A stretch of 64,000 nucleotides of DNA from Candidatus Marsarchaeota G1 archaeon BE_D (GCA_003019595.1 NEXD01000002.1:13137-77136); one strand, 5' to 3'. Shown: positions 37,127 through 46,832, counted from the first letter of the stretch. Notes: generated by a model not told the origin, from the letters alone. Numbers and translations: made by a program.

Positions 37127-37456
37127 TTATGACCTCCTTCCTAGAATCACAAACGAAACAGACTTGGCAAGAGGACGAGTCTCCCCAATTAAAACGAGAT
37201 CTCCCTCTTTAATGTCCAAACATGCTGGCAAGTGAGCGTGTATTCTTGATCTTCTACGTTCGTAACGCTGGTATTTTTTGTTATAGAAGGTATATTCTCT
37301 TTCGACGACAGCCATTCTTGTTGCCCTTAGTTGAGACACTTTCGCGTCAAGAATTAAACCTCTAACACTAACCGTGCCATGATAAGGACATTTTTTATCG
37401 TCACAAGAACGAGAGGGTTTTTCGACACCGTTTATTCCAATATTTCGTGTCAACAT
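37127..37456 (-). CDS. rps17: 30S ribosomal protein S17
   Basis: 109 aa. CPYHGTVSVRG, YERRRSRIHAH and GDLVLIGETRPLAK. Confidence 0.85.
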   Translation of the reverse strand: MLTRNIGINGVEKPSRSCDDKKCPYHGTVSVRGLILDAKVSQLRATRMAVVEREYTFYNKKYQRYERRRSRIHAHLPACLDIKEGDLVLIGETRPLAKSVSFVILGRRS

Positions 37457-37459
37457 CTT

Positions 37460-37696
37460 TCACCTTTTACACAATCTTTCCCAAGGTCTACCGATCAGCT
37501 CTTTTCCTTTTATTGTTCTTTGATTTAGGTGTAGCGTTATAACCTCTTTTGGAAATCTTTTAGTTTTGCCGTTTAAGCAAACAAGTATAGTTTTTTGAGT
37601 CTCATCTATCACGATGGCTTTGTAAGTTTTATTATAAGCTTTAAGCTCGCAATCTATTCCCAAAAGACCAATTGATGAACTCATTTTGAGACTCAC
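37460..37696 (-). CDS. rnp1: RNase P protein component 1 (Rpp29 family)
   Basis: 78 aa. Sm-like fold signature LLGIDCELK..YKAIVIDETQKTILV..KRFPKEV..IKGKELIGRPWERL. Conserved slot between rpl29 and rps17. Confidence 0.7.
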   Translation of the reverse strand: MSLKMSSSIGLLGIDCELKAYNKTYKAIVIDETQKTILVCLNGKTKRFPKEVITLHLNQRTIKGKELIGRPWERLCKR

Positions 37697-37893
37697 TTCT
37701 TTTTTCTTTCGCTCAGAACAGTTAACACCCTTGCAATATCTTTCTTAAGCTCATGTATCGCTTTTGTGTTTTTAGATGCGCCGCGTGTATATATATTAGA
37801 CCTTTCGTTGAAAAGCTCTTTTTTTAGTTCTAGAAGTTTATTTTTTAATTCGTCATCAGTGAGCTTTCTTAGTTCTTCCGCTTTAATCGTCAT
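37693..37893 (-). CDS. rpl29: 50S ribosomal protein L29
   Basis: 66 aa. ELRKLTDDELKNKLLELKKELF. Confidence 0.8.
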   Translation of the reverse strand: MTIKAEELRKLTDDELKNKLLELKKELFNERSNIYTRGASKNTKAIHELKKDIARVLTVLSERKKK

Positions 37894-38627
37894 GTCGTCT
37901 CACCTTCTTTAACGACGTTCGTTTGAATGACTTCCTTTGTTTCATTCTTTTGTTCCTGAACACCACTTTCTACTTGCGCTTCTTGAACGGTCATGCTTTC
38001 GCGCTCCTTTAATATATTAGCCAGTAACGCTTGGTCAATTTGGCGAATTGCTATTTGCGGTTTGAACACACCTGGTTTTGCTATCTTAACCTTAATTCCT
38101 ATTATTCCTGGTTTAAGGAGAACATAAGTCACTGTTTTGTCTATCAGACTTGCTGGTTCGCCAGACTGATGGATTCGACCGCTTCTTAGTTTTATAAATC
38201 TAGATCTTTCAGTGGTCAATTTTCCTCGGATGGTGACTTCTGCGCCTTCTGCACCTGCTTTCATAATAGAATCTAATGCAGAAAATACCACCCTTTTATG
38301 TGGCAATCCTCTTTCTAAGTAAAATCTTATTCGATTAGCCATAATTTTACTGTTAAGTTCTGGATTATCAATAGGTCTTACTTCAATTTGAGGATTCTCT
38401 AAACCAAACTTTTGTTCTAAAAGAAATGATAGGTCTCTAATAGAACCCCCTTTTTTACCTATTATTATTCCTGGTTTTTCTGCGTAAATTGTCACTTGAT
38501 GACCTAATGGCACTTTGCTTATTATAACTCCCTGATATCCCGCTTTTCTATACATTTCTTCAAGTTGTTCGTCAATTAGCAGATTTCTTTTGTTTTCGTT
38601 GATAAATTGCTTATAAATTGTGACCAT
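37890..38627 (-). CDS. rps3: 30S ribosomal protein S3
   Basis: 245 aa. KH domain (VTIYAEKPGIIIGKKGGSIRDL) and GAEGAEVTIRGKL. Confidence 0.9.
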   Translation of the reverse strand: MVTIYKQFINENKRNLLIDEQLEEMYRKAGYQGVIISKVPLGHQVTIYAEKPGIIIGKKGGSIRDLSFLLEQKFGLENPQIEVRPIDNPELNSKIMANRIRFYLERGLPHKRVVFSALDSIMKAGAEGAEVTIRGKLTTERSRFIKLRSGRIHQSGEPASLIDKTVTYVLLKPGIIGIKVKIAKPGVFKPQIAIRQIDQALLANILKERESMTVQEAQVESGVQEQKNETKEVIQTNVVKEGETT

Positions 38628-38629
38628 TT

Positions 38630-39106
38630 TTACTCACCTTTCACCTGTTTGAGCGCAATTTCTATATGTGTGTAAATTCGTCGTTTTACACTCATTCTTC
38701 CAAAGGCACGCGGAAATGGACGAATGATGATACGAGCCTTTTGCGCCGCAGCGTGAACTATTTTTAATGATGAAGTATCAAAACCTTTTTGCGAAGCATT
38801 GTTCTCCGCGTTTTCAAGCACCTTTAGCATTGCCTTAGCCGCTTTGACAGGATACCTACCAGCCGCGCCTGTTCTTCCGCCTAATGCCGCTTTATGGGCT
38901 ACTTTTTTCTTGTATGTAGTAAACGGAACAGGAGTTTTAAGTTGGATGACCTCATTAAGGAATTTTTTTGCGTCGTCAAGCGTCATGCCTTTTATAGCTC
39001 TGCATAAATTCACAGCCTTTTTGAATGATATAGGAAGGTCCCTTCCACTAGCTAACACCATCGTTGAAGGGTCGTATTCCTTAATTGAATAACCCCAAGT
39101 CGGCAC
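38630..39106 (-). CDS. rpl22: 50S ribosomal protein L22
   Basis: 158 aa. ASGRDLPISFKKAVNLCRAIKGM, GRYPVKAA and HIEIAL. Confidence 0.85.
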   Translation of the reverse strand: MPTWGYSIKEYDPSTMVLASGRDLPISFKKAVNLCRAIKGMTLDDAKKFLNEVIQLKTPVPFTTYKKKVAHKAALGGRTGAAGRYPVKAAKAMLKVLENAENNASQKGFDTSSLKIVHAAAQKARIIIRPFPRAFGRMSVKRRIYTHIEIALKQVKGE

Positions 39107-39115
39107 AACTCACAC

Positions 39116-39526
39116 CTACTTAAGTGGCACATACATGCTTGATCTAGTCGCTCTAAGACCAGGTTCGCCGTGCACCACTTTCTTGGTGGTAATCGCAAAC
39201 TCGCCTAGATAGTGTCCTATCATTTCTGGCTTTATTTCTACAGGAACAAATTCCTTACCGTTATGCACGTGAATTGTAAGTCCTACCATTTCAGGTAGAA
39301 TTATCATATCTCTACAATGAGTTCTTAATTTTACAGAATCTCGGCCTGCTTTTTTTGCCTTTCTTATTTTTTCTAGAAGTGGTGCTTGATCTGGTTTTAT
39401 TCCACGTTTTAATGTTCTTCTAGCTCTCGCAGGAAGTATTGCAATTAAATCCTCCATGCTCATTGACAAGAGTTGCTCAAGCGTATAGCCTTTGTAAGCG
39501 AATCTTAAAGCTTCTGATTCAGCCAT
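39116..39526 (-). CDS. rps19: 30S ribosomal protein S19
   Basis: 136 aa. [32 protein letters not shown]. Confidence 0.9.
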   Translation of the reverse strand: MAESEALRFAYKGYTLEQLLSMSMEDLIAILPARARRTLKRGIKPDQAPLLEKIRKAKKAGRDSVKLRTHCRDMIILPEMVGLTIHVHNGKEFVPVEIKPEMIGHYLGEFAITTKKVVHGEPGLRATRSSMYVPLK

Positions 39527-39565
39527 ATATCAAAACCACACTAAAGCGTTACAAAAGTCTTTCTT

Positions 39566-40273
39566 TTAGCGTCTACCCGCTCTTCTTGCGCTTATATGGC
39601 CAACTTTTCTTCCTGGAGGGAGTCTTCTACTTACTGTTGTCGATCTGCTCACTGATGGGTGATTTCCGCCACCATGTGGATGACTCACAGCATTCATGGC
39701 CACACCTCTTACACGTGGATATTTTGCCGCCTTGGCCTTCATTAAATGGTATTTCGCACCTGCTTTAAGAAATGGTTTTTCAATACGCCCACTAGCGGCA
39801 ACTACACCAATTGTAGCTAAACAAGTAGAAGACAAAACTTTACTAGAACCAGAAGGAAGACTCACTACAACTCCTTGTTCAACATGTGACACTAGCGTGC
39901 AATAACTTCCAGATGAGCGTGCTAGTTTGCCTCCATCACCAGCTCTTAATTCAACATTAAAAATTTTTGTGCCATCTGGAATTTCAGAAAGCGGAAGTAT
40001 ATTTCCATTAGCTGGTGCGGCTTTTGGCCCCATTTGAATTACTTGACCAACGTACATGCCTTCTGCAGCTACAGTAAGAAAAGTGCCCTCTTTATAGCGT
40101 ATTTTGGCAAGGGGAGCGCCTCTACCTGGGTCATGAATCAATTCTGTAACTACTCCTTCAACAAGTGGTTCATTTATAGAGGGATATTTTGCTGGCCCTT
40201 TCTTTTTCCATGCAGGACTACGAAAAACTGACGTTCCTCTTCCTTCTCTCCTTGGTAAAATTCTTTTGCCCAT
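39566..40273 (-). CDS. rpl2: 50S ribosomal protein L2
   Basis: 235 aa. GRGAPLA, GDGGKLARS.G and RGVAMNAVSHPHGGG. Confidence 0.9.
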   Translation of the reverse strand: MGKRILPRREGRGTSVFRSPAWKKKGPAKYPSINEPLVEGVVTELIHDPGRGAPLAKIRYKEGTFLTVAAEGMYVGQVIQMGPKAAPANGNILPLSEIPDGTKIFNVELRAGDGGKLARSSGSYCTLVSHVEQGVVVSLPSGSSKVLSSTCLATIGVVAASGRIEKPFLKAGAKYHLMKAKAAKYPRVRGVAMNAVSHPHGGGNHPSVSRSTTVSRRLPPGRKVGHISARRAGRR

Positions 40274-40286
40274 TTACGTCACCCAC

Positions 40287-40583
40287 CTAAAGAATACCAA
40301 GTCTAGTAGCAATTTCTTGTGCTTTGTATTGGGGAGATAGTCTAACATAGGCTTTTTTACGATTTGTAGGCGTGTTGACTGTGCGTACCTTCATTACTTT
40401 TACTCCAAATTGATATTCCACCGCTTTTTTGATTTCTGATTTTGTAGCATTACGGGCTACTTCAAAAACTAGCGTGTTTTGTTTTTCGATTAAACCAGTT
40501 GTTTTTTCTGTCACCCAAGGTCTTATAAGCACGTTTGAAAGCCCTATTGATTTATTTAGATTTGTATTTTTTGTTTCACTCAT
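40287..40583 (-). CDS. rpl23: 50S ribosomal protein L23
   Basis: 98 aa. LIRPWVTEKT, FEVARNATKSEIKKAVE and KKAYVRL. Confidence 0.85.
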   Translation of the reverse strand: MSETKNTNLNKSIGLSNVLIRPWVTEKTTGLIEKQNTLVFEVARNATKSEIKKAVEYQFGVKVMKVRTVNTPTNRKKAYVRLSPQYKAQEIATRLGIL

Positions 40584-41379
40584 AGCTATTCACTCTTTCA
40601 ACAAGTTTTTTTAGAGCAGATTCACTGAAAATTGTTAGCCTTCCTGCTCTACCTCCTGGAGCAAGATGAGCCACATTAAGCAAATTGACTGCTACAATGT
40701 CAACACCAGGTATGTTTCTAAAAGCCTTTATAGCCGAGCAATTATTACTTGAAACCACAACAAGTGGTCCTACTGGTTTCTTCAGTTTACGACCCCTCAT
40801 TTTTCCCTTTCCAGCCCTTATCGTGGTGTTCTTTTTTACGCGTAGTATATCATTATAAACGCCAATCTTTTGCATAAAGAATGATGCTTCTCTTGTCTTT
40901 TCTAAGGTTTCCAAGTCATCCTTAACTATAATAGGAAGTGCTTTAATTTTTTCTTGATCAAATTTATGACCGCGTAATTTCACAAATTCTTTTTTTGAAG
41001 TGGCTGCGAGAGCCGAAACGAAAGCTAGTCTTTTTTCTTTTATGTTGATTAACTCGATAATTTTCTTTTCAACCCGTGGCGGATGAGGTTTATAACCACC
41101 GCGAGTCATAGGAGCAAAACCAGCCCTTCCATTAACATGTCGTGGGACACGCGCAAGTTCAAGACCAGTTCCAAAACTTCTCACCGACACTTTTTTACCG
41201 GCGAGCGGATCTCGGCCTTGTGGTTGTTTTCTCGAAGTGAAAATTGCAAGATATGCTCTTTTAATAAGGTCTTTTCTTACAGGCATAGCAAAAAAGCTCG
41301 GAAGATCGATTTCACCAATTACCTCTCCGTCGAGAGAATATAGCGGGACAGCTACTTTCTGAATCGTTTCTATCGACAT
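40576..41379 (-). CDS. rpl4: 50S ribosomal protein L4
   Basis: 267 aa. QPQGRDPLAGKK, ARVPR and GGYKPHPP. Confidence 0.85.
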   Translation of the reverse strand: MSIETIQKVAVPLYSLDGEVIGEIDLPSFFAMPVRKDLIKRAYLAIFTSRKQPQGRDPLAGKKVSVRSFGTGLELARVPRHVNGRAGFAPMTRGGYKPHPPRVEKKIIELINIKEKRLAFVSALAATSKKEFVKLRGHKFDQEKIKALPIIVKDDLETLEKTREASFFMQKIGVYNDILRVKKNTTIRAGKGKMRGRKLKKPVGPLVVVSSNNCSAIKAFRNIPGVDIVAVNLLNVAHLAPGGRAGRLTIFSESALKKLVERVNSYE

Positions 41380-41385
41380 TTCCTA

Positions 41386-42372
41386 TCACCTAATTGCTAA
41401 ATATTCCATTAGAGGTGTTTCTTTAGGTAACGCTTTGTAGCTTCTTATTGCTTTTCTTAGTAGTATTAATCGTTTTACAGGACCTGGCACTGAGCCGCTT
41501 ATAAATAATAGTGTGGATTTTGGTACGCCATAATGCTTGAATCCAGCTTTGGGAATTAATTTTTCTGTCGGCTCTTCTATTCTAACTAGAATTTTATTAA
41601 GGTCGACCCTATTATGATAGCCCATTTGACCTGCTCGCGGTGCGCTTGACATTACTGCTCCAGGTGTAGAGGGTGAATCAGCACCTGGTCCTCTTTTTGT
41701 CTTCTTAGCTTTTTTCTTTGGTATAATCTTTATTCCAAACCTCGCCACAGGCCCTTCATAGCCTTTCCCCTTTGTTACCGCAATCGCATCAAGCGTTTCA
41801 GGCGGAGAAAATACCTCTTTTACGGATATTTCCTTTCCAAGCTTTTCGAGGTAACGAAGTTGTTCATTCAAACTACCACCGAGTGGTATCTCTAAAATTT
41901 CTGGTTTCTTTTTGCGTATACCTGATTTTACTGGTTGAGTGGCCACAATCAACGAAATTCTTTTTGCGTTGTTTTTTAAACTTTCAACTATTAATGTCTC
42001 ATCTTTTTTCTTTTTAGGTAGAGTTAATACTCTCGATAATTCTTTTGGCGGGTTTTTGGCCCATATTTCACCAAGTGCGATTTCAGAGCCAAATTGATCT
42101 ATTCCATAAAATCTTAATGCGACTAACACCACTGGTGGTGCTTCAAGTAATGTTATCGCCATAAACACTTCCTTACCGTAAGTTGGACTGGTTGGAAAGT
42201 TATCACGTATGATGGCGTGTGTCATACCGACTTTATAAGCGGGAAACCCAAGTGGCACGGCCTTTTCCAGTTTGGGCCAAGATCTTACACGTGGGATGAT
42301 AGAAGAAGCACGCTTTCTTGGCCTATAGCCTAACGAGCCATGCCTAGGAGCGCTCAGTTTTCTATGACCCAT
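41386..42372 (-). CDS. rpl3: 50S ribosomal protein L3
   Basis: 328 aa. PRHGSLGYRPRKRA, FPAYKVGMTH, VTKGKGYEG and AGQMGYHNR. GGGTGG Shine-Dalgarno upstream. Confidence 0.9.
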   Translation of the reverse strand: MGHRKLSAPRHGSLGYRPRKRASSIIPRVRSWPKLEKAVPLGFPAYKVGMTHAIIRDNFPTSPTYGKEVFMAITLLEAPPVVLVALRFYGIDQFGSEIALGEIWAKNPPKELSRVLTLPKKKKDETLIVESLKNNAKRISLIVATQPVKSGIRKKKPEILEIPLGGSLNEQLRYLEKLGKEISVKEVFSPPETLDAIAVTKGKGYEGPVARFGIKIIPKKKAKKTKRGPGADSPSTPGAVMSSAPRAGQMGYHNRVDLNKILVRIEEPTEKLIPKAGFKHYGVPKSTLLFISGSVPGPVKRLILLRKAIRSYKALPKETPLMEYLAIR

Positions 42373-42644
42373 TTATTCCACCCACTGACTTGTTGTTGAA
42401 GTGATGCTAAAAGATAAGTTTTCCTTTTCATCACCTCATTATACAAATACAGAAATGCACCGACCTATACATTGTTCAAAGAATAACTTATACCTTCCTT
42501 GATCAAAATATTATTTGGTGATGTTATGGGAGGAAGACAGAGAACGGTAATTCTTGATGAGATCTTTAAAAAGAATGCAAATGAAAAGAAAGAGAATCAA
42601 AAGAAATCATCTGCTAAATGAATTTGTTAAGGTTTTGAAAAGAT

Positions 42645-43913
42645 ATGGAAGTTAATATAAAATTTTTAGGCGGAGCATTAGAAGTTGGTAAGGAAGGCAT
42701 TCTTTTAACTAACGGTATCACAAAAATTCTACTTGATTACGGTAGTACCGTATCTGATGAAAAACCAAAATTTCCAGAACATGTCCGTCCATCAGAAATT
42801 GAAGCGATAATACTATCACACGCCCATCTTGATCACTCTGGAGCATTACCTTATTTATACGTGAGCGGAGCACCAGAGTTGTTGGCAACTCAGGCGACGA
42901 TTAAACTCAGTAAACTTTTACTAAAAGACTTTCTGAAAATATCTGGTGATTATTTGCCTTACGAAACAAAAGATATAGAAGCTCTTGAAAAACACGCACA
43001 TTGTGTGGAATATAAAGAAAGAATTGTTAGAAAGAATTTCGAAGCCACTTTCCTCAACGCCGGACATATTCCCGGTAGTATGATCAGTGTGATTGAAATT
43101 GGTTCAAAAACCATCGTATTTACAGGCGATTTTAACACTATTCCAACGCGTTTAGTAAAAGAGGCTGAACCCAATGTTCCACCTGCAGACGCAATTATTA
43201 TGGAGGGCACATATACAGAAAAGGACCATCCTGATAGAAATGAAATGGAAAGGCTTCTTGTAGAAGAAGTGAAAAACGTTGTTGAAAGCGGTGGTGTGGT
43301 TTTAATTCCGGCTTTTTCGGTTGGTAGATCCCATGAGATCATTATGGTTCTGAGAGAACTCGGTTACGATGGTGAAATACATTTAGATGGTATGGCTAGA
43401 GAAGCGGCCGAAATTAGTTTAAAAAATCCATCCTTTCTTAAAGACGCAAAAAAGTTCGAGAAAGTCTTAGAGTCTATAAACTGGATTGATAGATGGTCTG
43501 AACGAAGAAAAGCCGTAAAAATGCCAGGTGTTATCGTGTCACCAGCTGGTATGTTGCGTGGTGGTGCAGCGGTTTTCTATATGGAAAAGGTTGCATTTTC
43601 CAGTAAAAATGCAATTTTTATTGTGAGTTACCAAGCAAACAACACACCAGGAAGAATGTTACTAGACACTAAGAGCGTTGTTTTACACGGAAAAAGAAAG
43701 AAAGTTGAAGCTGAGATAAAGACTTTTGATTTTTCTTCGCATTGCGGAAGAAAAGAGTTGATTGAATTTATAAAGAATCTAAAAGGTGAACCAAAAGTCT
43801 TTCTCGTACACGGAGAAGCTGAAAACTTAAAGAAATTTGCACAAGAAGCTTCAGAAAAAACTGGACATCAAGTTTTTGCACCAGCAAACGGAGAAAATGT
43901 TGTTATTCACTAA
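42645..43913 (+). CDS. Metallo-beta-lactamase/beta-CASP ribonuclease (aCPSF2-like, no KH domains)
   Basis: 422 aa. SHAHLDHSGALP, the beta-CASP region and a C-terminal VHGE. Confidence 0.7.
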   Translation: MEVNIKFLGGALEVGKEGILLTNGITKILLDYGSTVSDEKPKFPEHVRPSEIEAIILSHAHLDHSGALPYLYVSGAPELLATQATIKLSKLLLKDFLKISGDYLPYETKDIEALEKHAHCVEYKERIVRKNFEATFLNAGHIPGSMISVIEIGSKTIVFTGDFNTIPTRLVKEAEPNVPPADAIIMEGTYTEKDHPDRNEMERLLVEEVKNVVESGGVVLIPAFSVGRSHEIIMVLRELGYDGEIHLDGMAREAAEISLKNPSFLKDAKKFEKVLESINWIDRWSERRKAVKMPGVIVSPAGMLRGGAAVFYMEKVAFSSKNAIFIVSYQANNTPGRMLLDTKSVVLHGKRKKVEAEIKTFDFSSHCGRKELIEFIKNLKGEPKVFLVHGEAENLKKFAQEASEKTGHQVFAPANGENVVIH

Positions 43914-43966
43914 TCCTCATGGCTAACGGATAATACTTAAGTTTGTCTGAAAAGTGATTTGGTATA

Positions 43967-44040
43967 GGGGCTGTCAGCTAGCCTGGCTAGGCGGCAAGCC
44001 TTGGGCGCTTGCGACCAGGGTTCAAATCCCTGCAGCCCCA
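43967..44040 (+). tRNA. tRNA-Pro (UGG)
   Basis: Acceptor GGGGCUG/CAGCCCC, anticodon arm CAAGC-CUUGGGC-GCUUG, T arm CAGGG-UUCAAAU-CCCUG, discriminator A. The D stem has one A-G mismatch. Confidence 0.85.
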
Positions 44041-44072
44041 TTAAACAAAACTACTTTAAAGGGGTATAGCAT

Positions 44073-45308
44073 TTGCTAAGTATGCGAGAAGATCTAGTTC
44101 AAGAGGCTATTTCTAAAAGAATTCCATTACATAAAATTGCAGAAGTCTTTGGTGTGGACGAAAACGAAGCCGCAAAGATTCGTGCAAAAATTTTAGAAAT
44201 AAAAACGAACACAAAACTAAACAAGGTTTCTTCGATAATCTTTGATTTTAACAAACTGGTTGGTAAAAATATAGAAAATCCGATAGGCGGAGTCGCCTTA
44301 CCTGTAGGTGTGGTAGGCCCAATTCTAATAAAAGGAGATTATGCCAATGGTGAATTGTATCTGCCTATCGCGACAACGGAAGGAGCGTTGGTCGCATCAG
44401 TAAATAGAGGCGCTAATGCCACGTTTAAGAGTGGAGGGATAAAGACAAAAATTCTAAAAGATTATATGACACGAGCTCCCGTGTTTAAAACGCAGTCGTT
44501 AGAAATGAGTTTGGCAGTAAAAGAATGGATTGAAAAAAATTTCGAGGAATTAAAAAAAGTTGCTGAAAGTACCACAAGGCACGGTAAGCTTATTGACGCA
44601 ACTTCTTTTGTGATAGGAAACAATTTGTTTGTGCGCTTTTCATTTACGACAAGCGACGCTATGGGAATGAACATGGTCACGATCGCCTCAGAAAGGATGT
44701 GTAGGTTGATTGAAAGAGAAACTGGAGCAAAACTTGTTTCTTTGAGTGGAAACCTGTGTTCTGATAAAAAGTCTTCATTGGTTAATGTTTTACTAGGAAG
44801 GGGTAAAAACGTTGTAGCAGAATGTGTTATTAAGAGTAGTGTTATTAAAGAAGTGCTGAAAACTACTGCGTCAGAAATTGTTGATGTAAATATAAGAAAA
44901 AACATGCTTGGAAGCGCTTTGGCAGGATCCTTTTCGCAAAACGCGCATTTTGCAAACATAATCGCTGGAGCATTTATCGCACTTGGTCAAGATGTGGCTC
45001 AAACAGTTGAATCAAGTCAAGGTTATGTTTTCGCCGAACAAAGGGGGGACGATTTATATTTTTCAATCACGCTTCCAAATCTTGAAATAGGCACAGTTGG
45101 TGGAGGTACTGCTCTTGATGCACAAAGGGAGTTGCTAGAGTTGACTGGGGCTTTAAAAGCGAAAGAAGGTGAAAGGGCCAAATGGTTGGCAGAAGTGATT
45201 GCGGCTGGTGTTCTTTGCGGCGAGCTTTCGTTACTTGCAGCGCTTGCCTCTAACACTTTAGCTGAGTCTCACATAAAACTTGGAAGAGGGTTAAAGACTG
45301 AACGTTAG
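44073..45308 (+). CDS. hmgA: HMG-CoA reductase (class I)
   Basis: 411 aa. ENPIGGVALPVGVVGP, ATTEGALVAS, DAMGMNMV and GTVGGGT. The start may be ATG 44082 rather than TTG 44073. Confidence 0.9.
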   Translation: MLSMREDLVQEAISKRIPLHKIAEVFGVDENEAAKIRAKILEIKTNTKLNKVSSIIFDFNKLVGKNIENPIGGVALPVGVVGPILIKGDYANGELYLPIATTEGALVASVNRGANATFKSGGIKTKILKDYMTRAPVFKTQSLEMSLAVKEWIEKNFEELKKVAESTTRHGKLIDATSFVIGNNLFVRFSFTTSDAMGMNMVTIASERMCRLIERETGAKLVSLSGNLCSDKKSSLVNVLLGRGKNVVAECVIKSSVIKEVLKTTASEIVDVNIRKNMLGSALAGSFSQNAHFANIIAGAFIALGQDVAQTVESSQGYVFAEQRGDDLYFSITLPNLEIGTVGGGTALDAQRELLELTGALKAKEGERAKWLAEVIAAGVLCGELSLLAALASNTLAESHIKLGRGLKTER

Positions 45309-46001
45309 ATTAGGTAAACTTGTGAATATTGTTTGGTTGACCAAATATACAGGACAAGTGTTGTATAAAGCGAATAAAAAGCAATCATTTATTTGAAGTA
45401 GTATATAAGACGTCTCGTTAAAACTTTTAATTACCAATTTTCCGTTAACTTGAGGGTTTTCTCTGATCCATGAAGCTAAAAAGATATACAAATTTTGCGT
45501 AGAATCTTTTTGATGAATTAAAGATAAGACTTTACCAAATAAAGACTCGCTTATCGAAAATCTTACTGGAATCTCTAACTCCATTTTTTCATGCAAAAAT
45601 AATCCTTGTTTTTGCAAATAAATGTTCGAACTGATATAAATTAAAGGATAATAATTTTTCAAACCATAATATCCCAAAACGTAATTAGTAACGTTTGCAA
45701 GATAAGTATAACCATAAAGTGTATACAGAATTTGCGTATTTGTTTTGAGTTTATTTTCAATATAAAATAATAATTTTATATAGCTTTCATTAGTTAAAAT
45801 ATAAGAAAATTGATTCAAAAAATTCTTTGTGGTTTCATATGCTAACCATTCGTTGTAATATCTAGTGCTGTAAATCAAAACCGCAAGGCTTGGGTATATT
45901 TCTAAACTTGTGGTGACGGAGTATAGATAAAGCTCAAAGCCAATTAGCATAACCAACAAAACAAGCGCCACAACTGTAGTTAAAAAACCCTTTTTAGCCA
46001 A
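45291..46001 (-). CDS. Pilin-like secreted protein with class III (type IV prepilin) signal peptide
   Basis: 236 aa. MAKKG|FLTTVVALVLLVMLIG (KKG followed by a hydrophobic helix). Five N-glycosylation sequons (NES, NVT, NET, NQT, NLT). Tyr/Asn-rich. Confidence 0.5.
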   Translation of the reverse strand: MAKKGFLTTVVALVLLVMLIGFELYLYSVTTSLEIYPSLAVLIYSTRYYNEWLAYETTKNFLNQFSYILTNESYIKLLFYIENKLKTNTQILYTLYGYTYLANVTNYVLGYYGLKNYYPLIYISSNIYLQKQGLFLHEKMELEIPVRFSISESLFGKVLSLIHQKDSTQNLYIFLASWIRENPQVNGKLVIKSFNETSYILLQINDCFLFALYNTCPVYLVNQTIFTSLPNLTFSL

Positions 46002-46197
46002 CTTTAATCACCATTCTTATGGTTGACACGCTTATGGTCAAGTTGTTTGTCGAATGGTTTGCCTCAAACAAACAAGAAACGCTTGGACAATTCTGGAATA
46101 GTTGAGCGAATAATTGCGTTATCTTTTGTTGATTTTCTATTTTTGCATGGAAATTTTGAAGAAGAACATTGTTTATGCCGCTCGTTACGAGTAACAA
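45994..46197 (-). CDS. Hypothetical small protein (weak call, non-ATG start)
   Basis: 67-aa track ORF with a TTG start. The frame is open from 46228 (..IGDIFLLLVTSGINNV..). Sequons NHS and NLT. It overlaps the start of the 236-aa gene by 8 nt. Confidence 0.2.
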   Translation of the reverse strand: MLLVTSGINNVLLQNFHAKIENQQKITQLFAQLFQNCPSVSCLFEANHSTNNLTISVSTIRMVIKVG

Positions 46198-46243
46198 AAA
46201 AATATCGCCAATACGAGAATTACGTCAAGTGTTGAGATCAAAG

Positions 46244-46405
46244 CTATATATCACCCCAATAGAGTTGACCCTGCGCGTAACCAATGACTTTTAGTATTTC
46301 TGATATAGAATGCGTAATTTGATTTATAAAAAAATGTGTAGTCAATATTAATAAAATCGAACACAAGATAGTCGAAAAAAATTCGATGAGTGATGTCATG
46401 AACAT
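46244..46405 (-). CDS. Small N-terminally hydrophobic protein (53 aa), pilin-like
   Basis: The start is moved to ATG 46405 (MFMTSLIEFFSTILCSILLILT), preceded by GAGGT 3 nt upstream. Shares an IGYAQ motif with the 127-aa neighbour. Confidence 0.35.
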   Translation of the reverse strand: MFMTSLIEFFSTILCSILLILTTHFFINQITHSISEILKVIGYAQGQLYWGDI

Positions 46406-46779
46406 TTTACCTCTTGTAAGAGCAAGGGGGAAGTGGTGCCATTTATCATAATACACTCGTCATTATAGTTAAATGTTAAATTCACATATGAAAAATCAAA
46501 AGGAAAGACTGTTATAAATCTGGAATTATTAACAAAAAAGACTGCATGCGTTCCATTTGTTTGCAAATTCACCAAACCCTTTGGCACCTTGATTAAGACT
46601 ATCACCTTAAAGAGTTGAGCGTAACCAATGGTATCAAAAAGGTAATTCATTCTTTCTTGGGTGAGAGCTTTCATTCCTTGTTTTACTAACGGAATGGTTT
46701 CGCTAACAACTTCATTTAAGAAATATCCTGAAGTTATCACCATAAGCAATATTAAGAAGGTTTCAAACAAGAGCTCCAA
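46396..46779 (-). CDS. Small N-terminally hydrophobic secreted protein (127 aa), pilin-like
   Basis: MELLFETFLILLMVITSGYF hydrophobic N-terminus, IGYAQ motif, sequons NGT, NNS, NLT, NGT. First gene of the leftward operon. Confidence 0.4.
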   Translation of the reverse strand: MELLFETFLILLMVITSGYFLNEVVSETIPLVKQGMKALTQERMNYLFDTIGYAQLFKVIVLIKVPKGLVNLQTNGTHAVFFVNNSRFITVFPFDFSYVNLTFNYNDECIMINGTTSPLLLQEVKCS

Positions 46780-46832
46780 AGTTTGTCTAAAATATTATTC
46801 AAGTAAGCTTTTGCCTTTTATCGAAGGTAATA
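46780..46832. promoter_or_regulatory. Divergent promoter region of the pilus-like locus
   Basis: A 53-bp AT-rich spacer between divergent genes, with TATA-like AAAATATTATT and CTTTTATCG. Confidence 0.3.

Noticed and set aside
42384-42440. An inverted repeat GUGAUG-N22-CAUCAC in the leader of the rpl3 operon. It has a perfect C-box heptamer GUGAUGA on the minus strand, considered as a second C/D sRNA.
   Set aside because: There is no CUGA D box at the expected distance on that strand and no terminal stem. It is more likely a simple leader hairpin of the ribosomal protein operon, with unknown function.
42526-42621. A 31-codon ORF (MGGRQRTVILDEIFKKNANEKKENQKKSSAK) preceded by GGTGAT, upstream of the beta-CASP RNase gene.
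   Set aside because: It is too short and low-complexity to support without conservation or expression data, and the Shine-Dalgarno spacing (3 nt) is atypically short.
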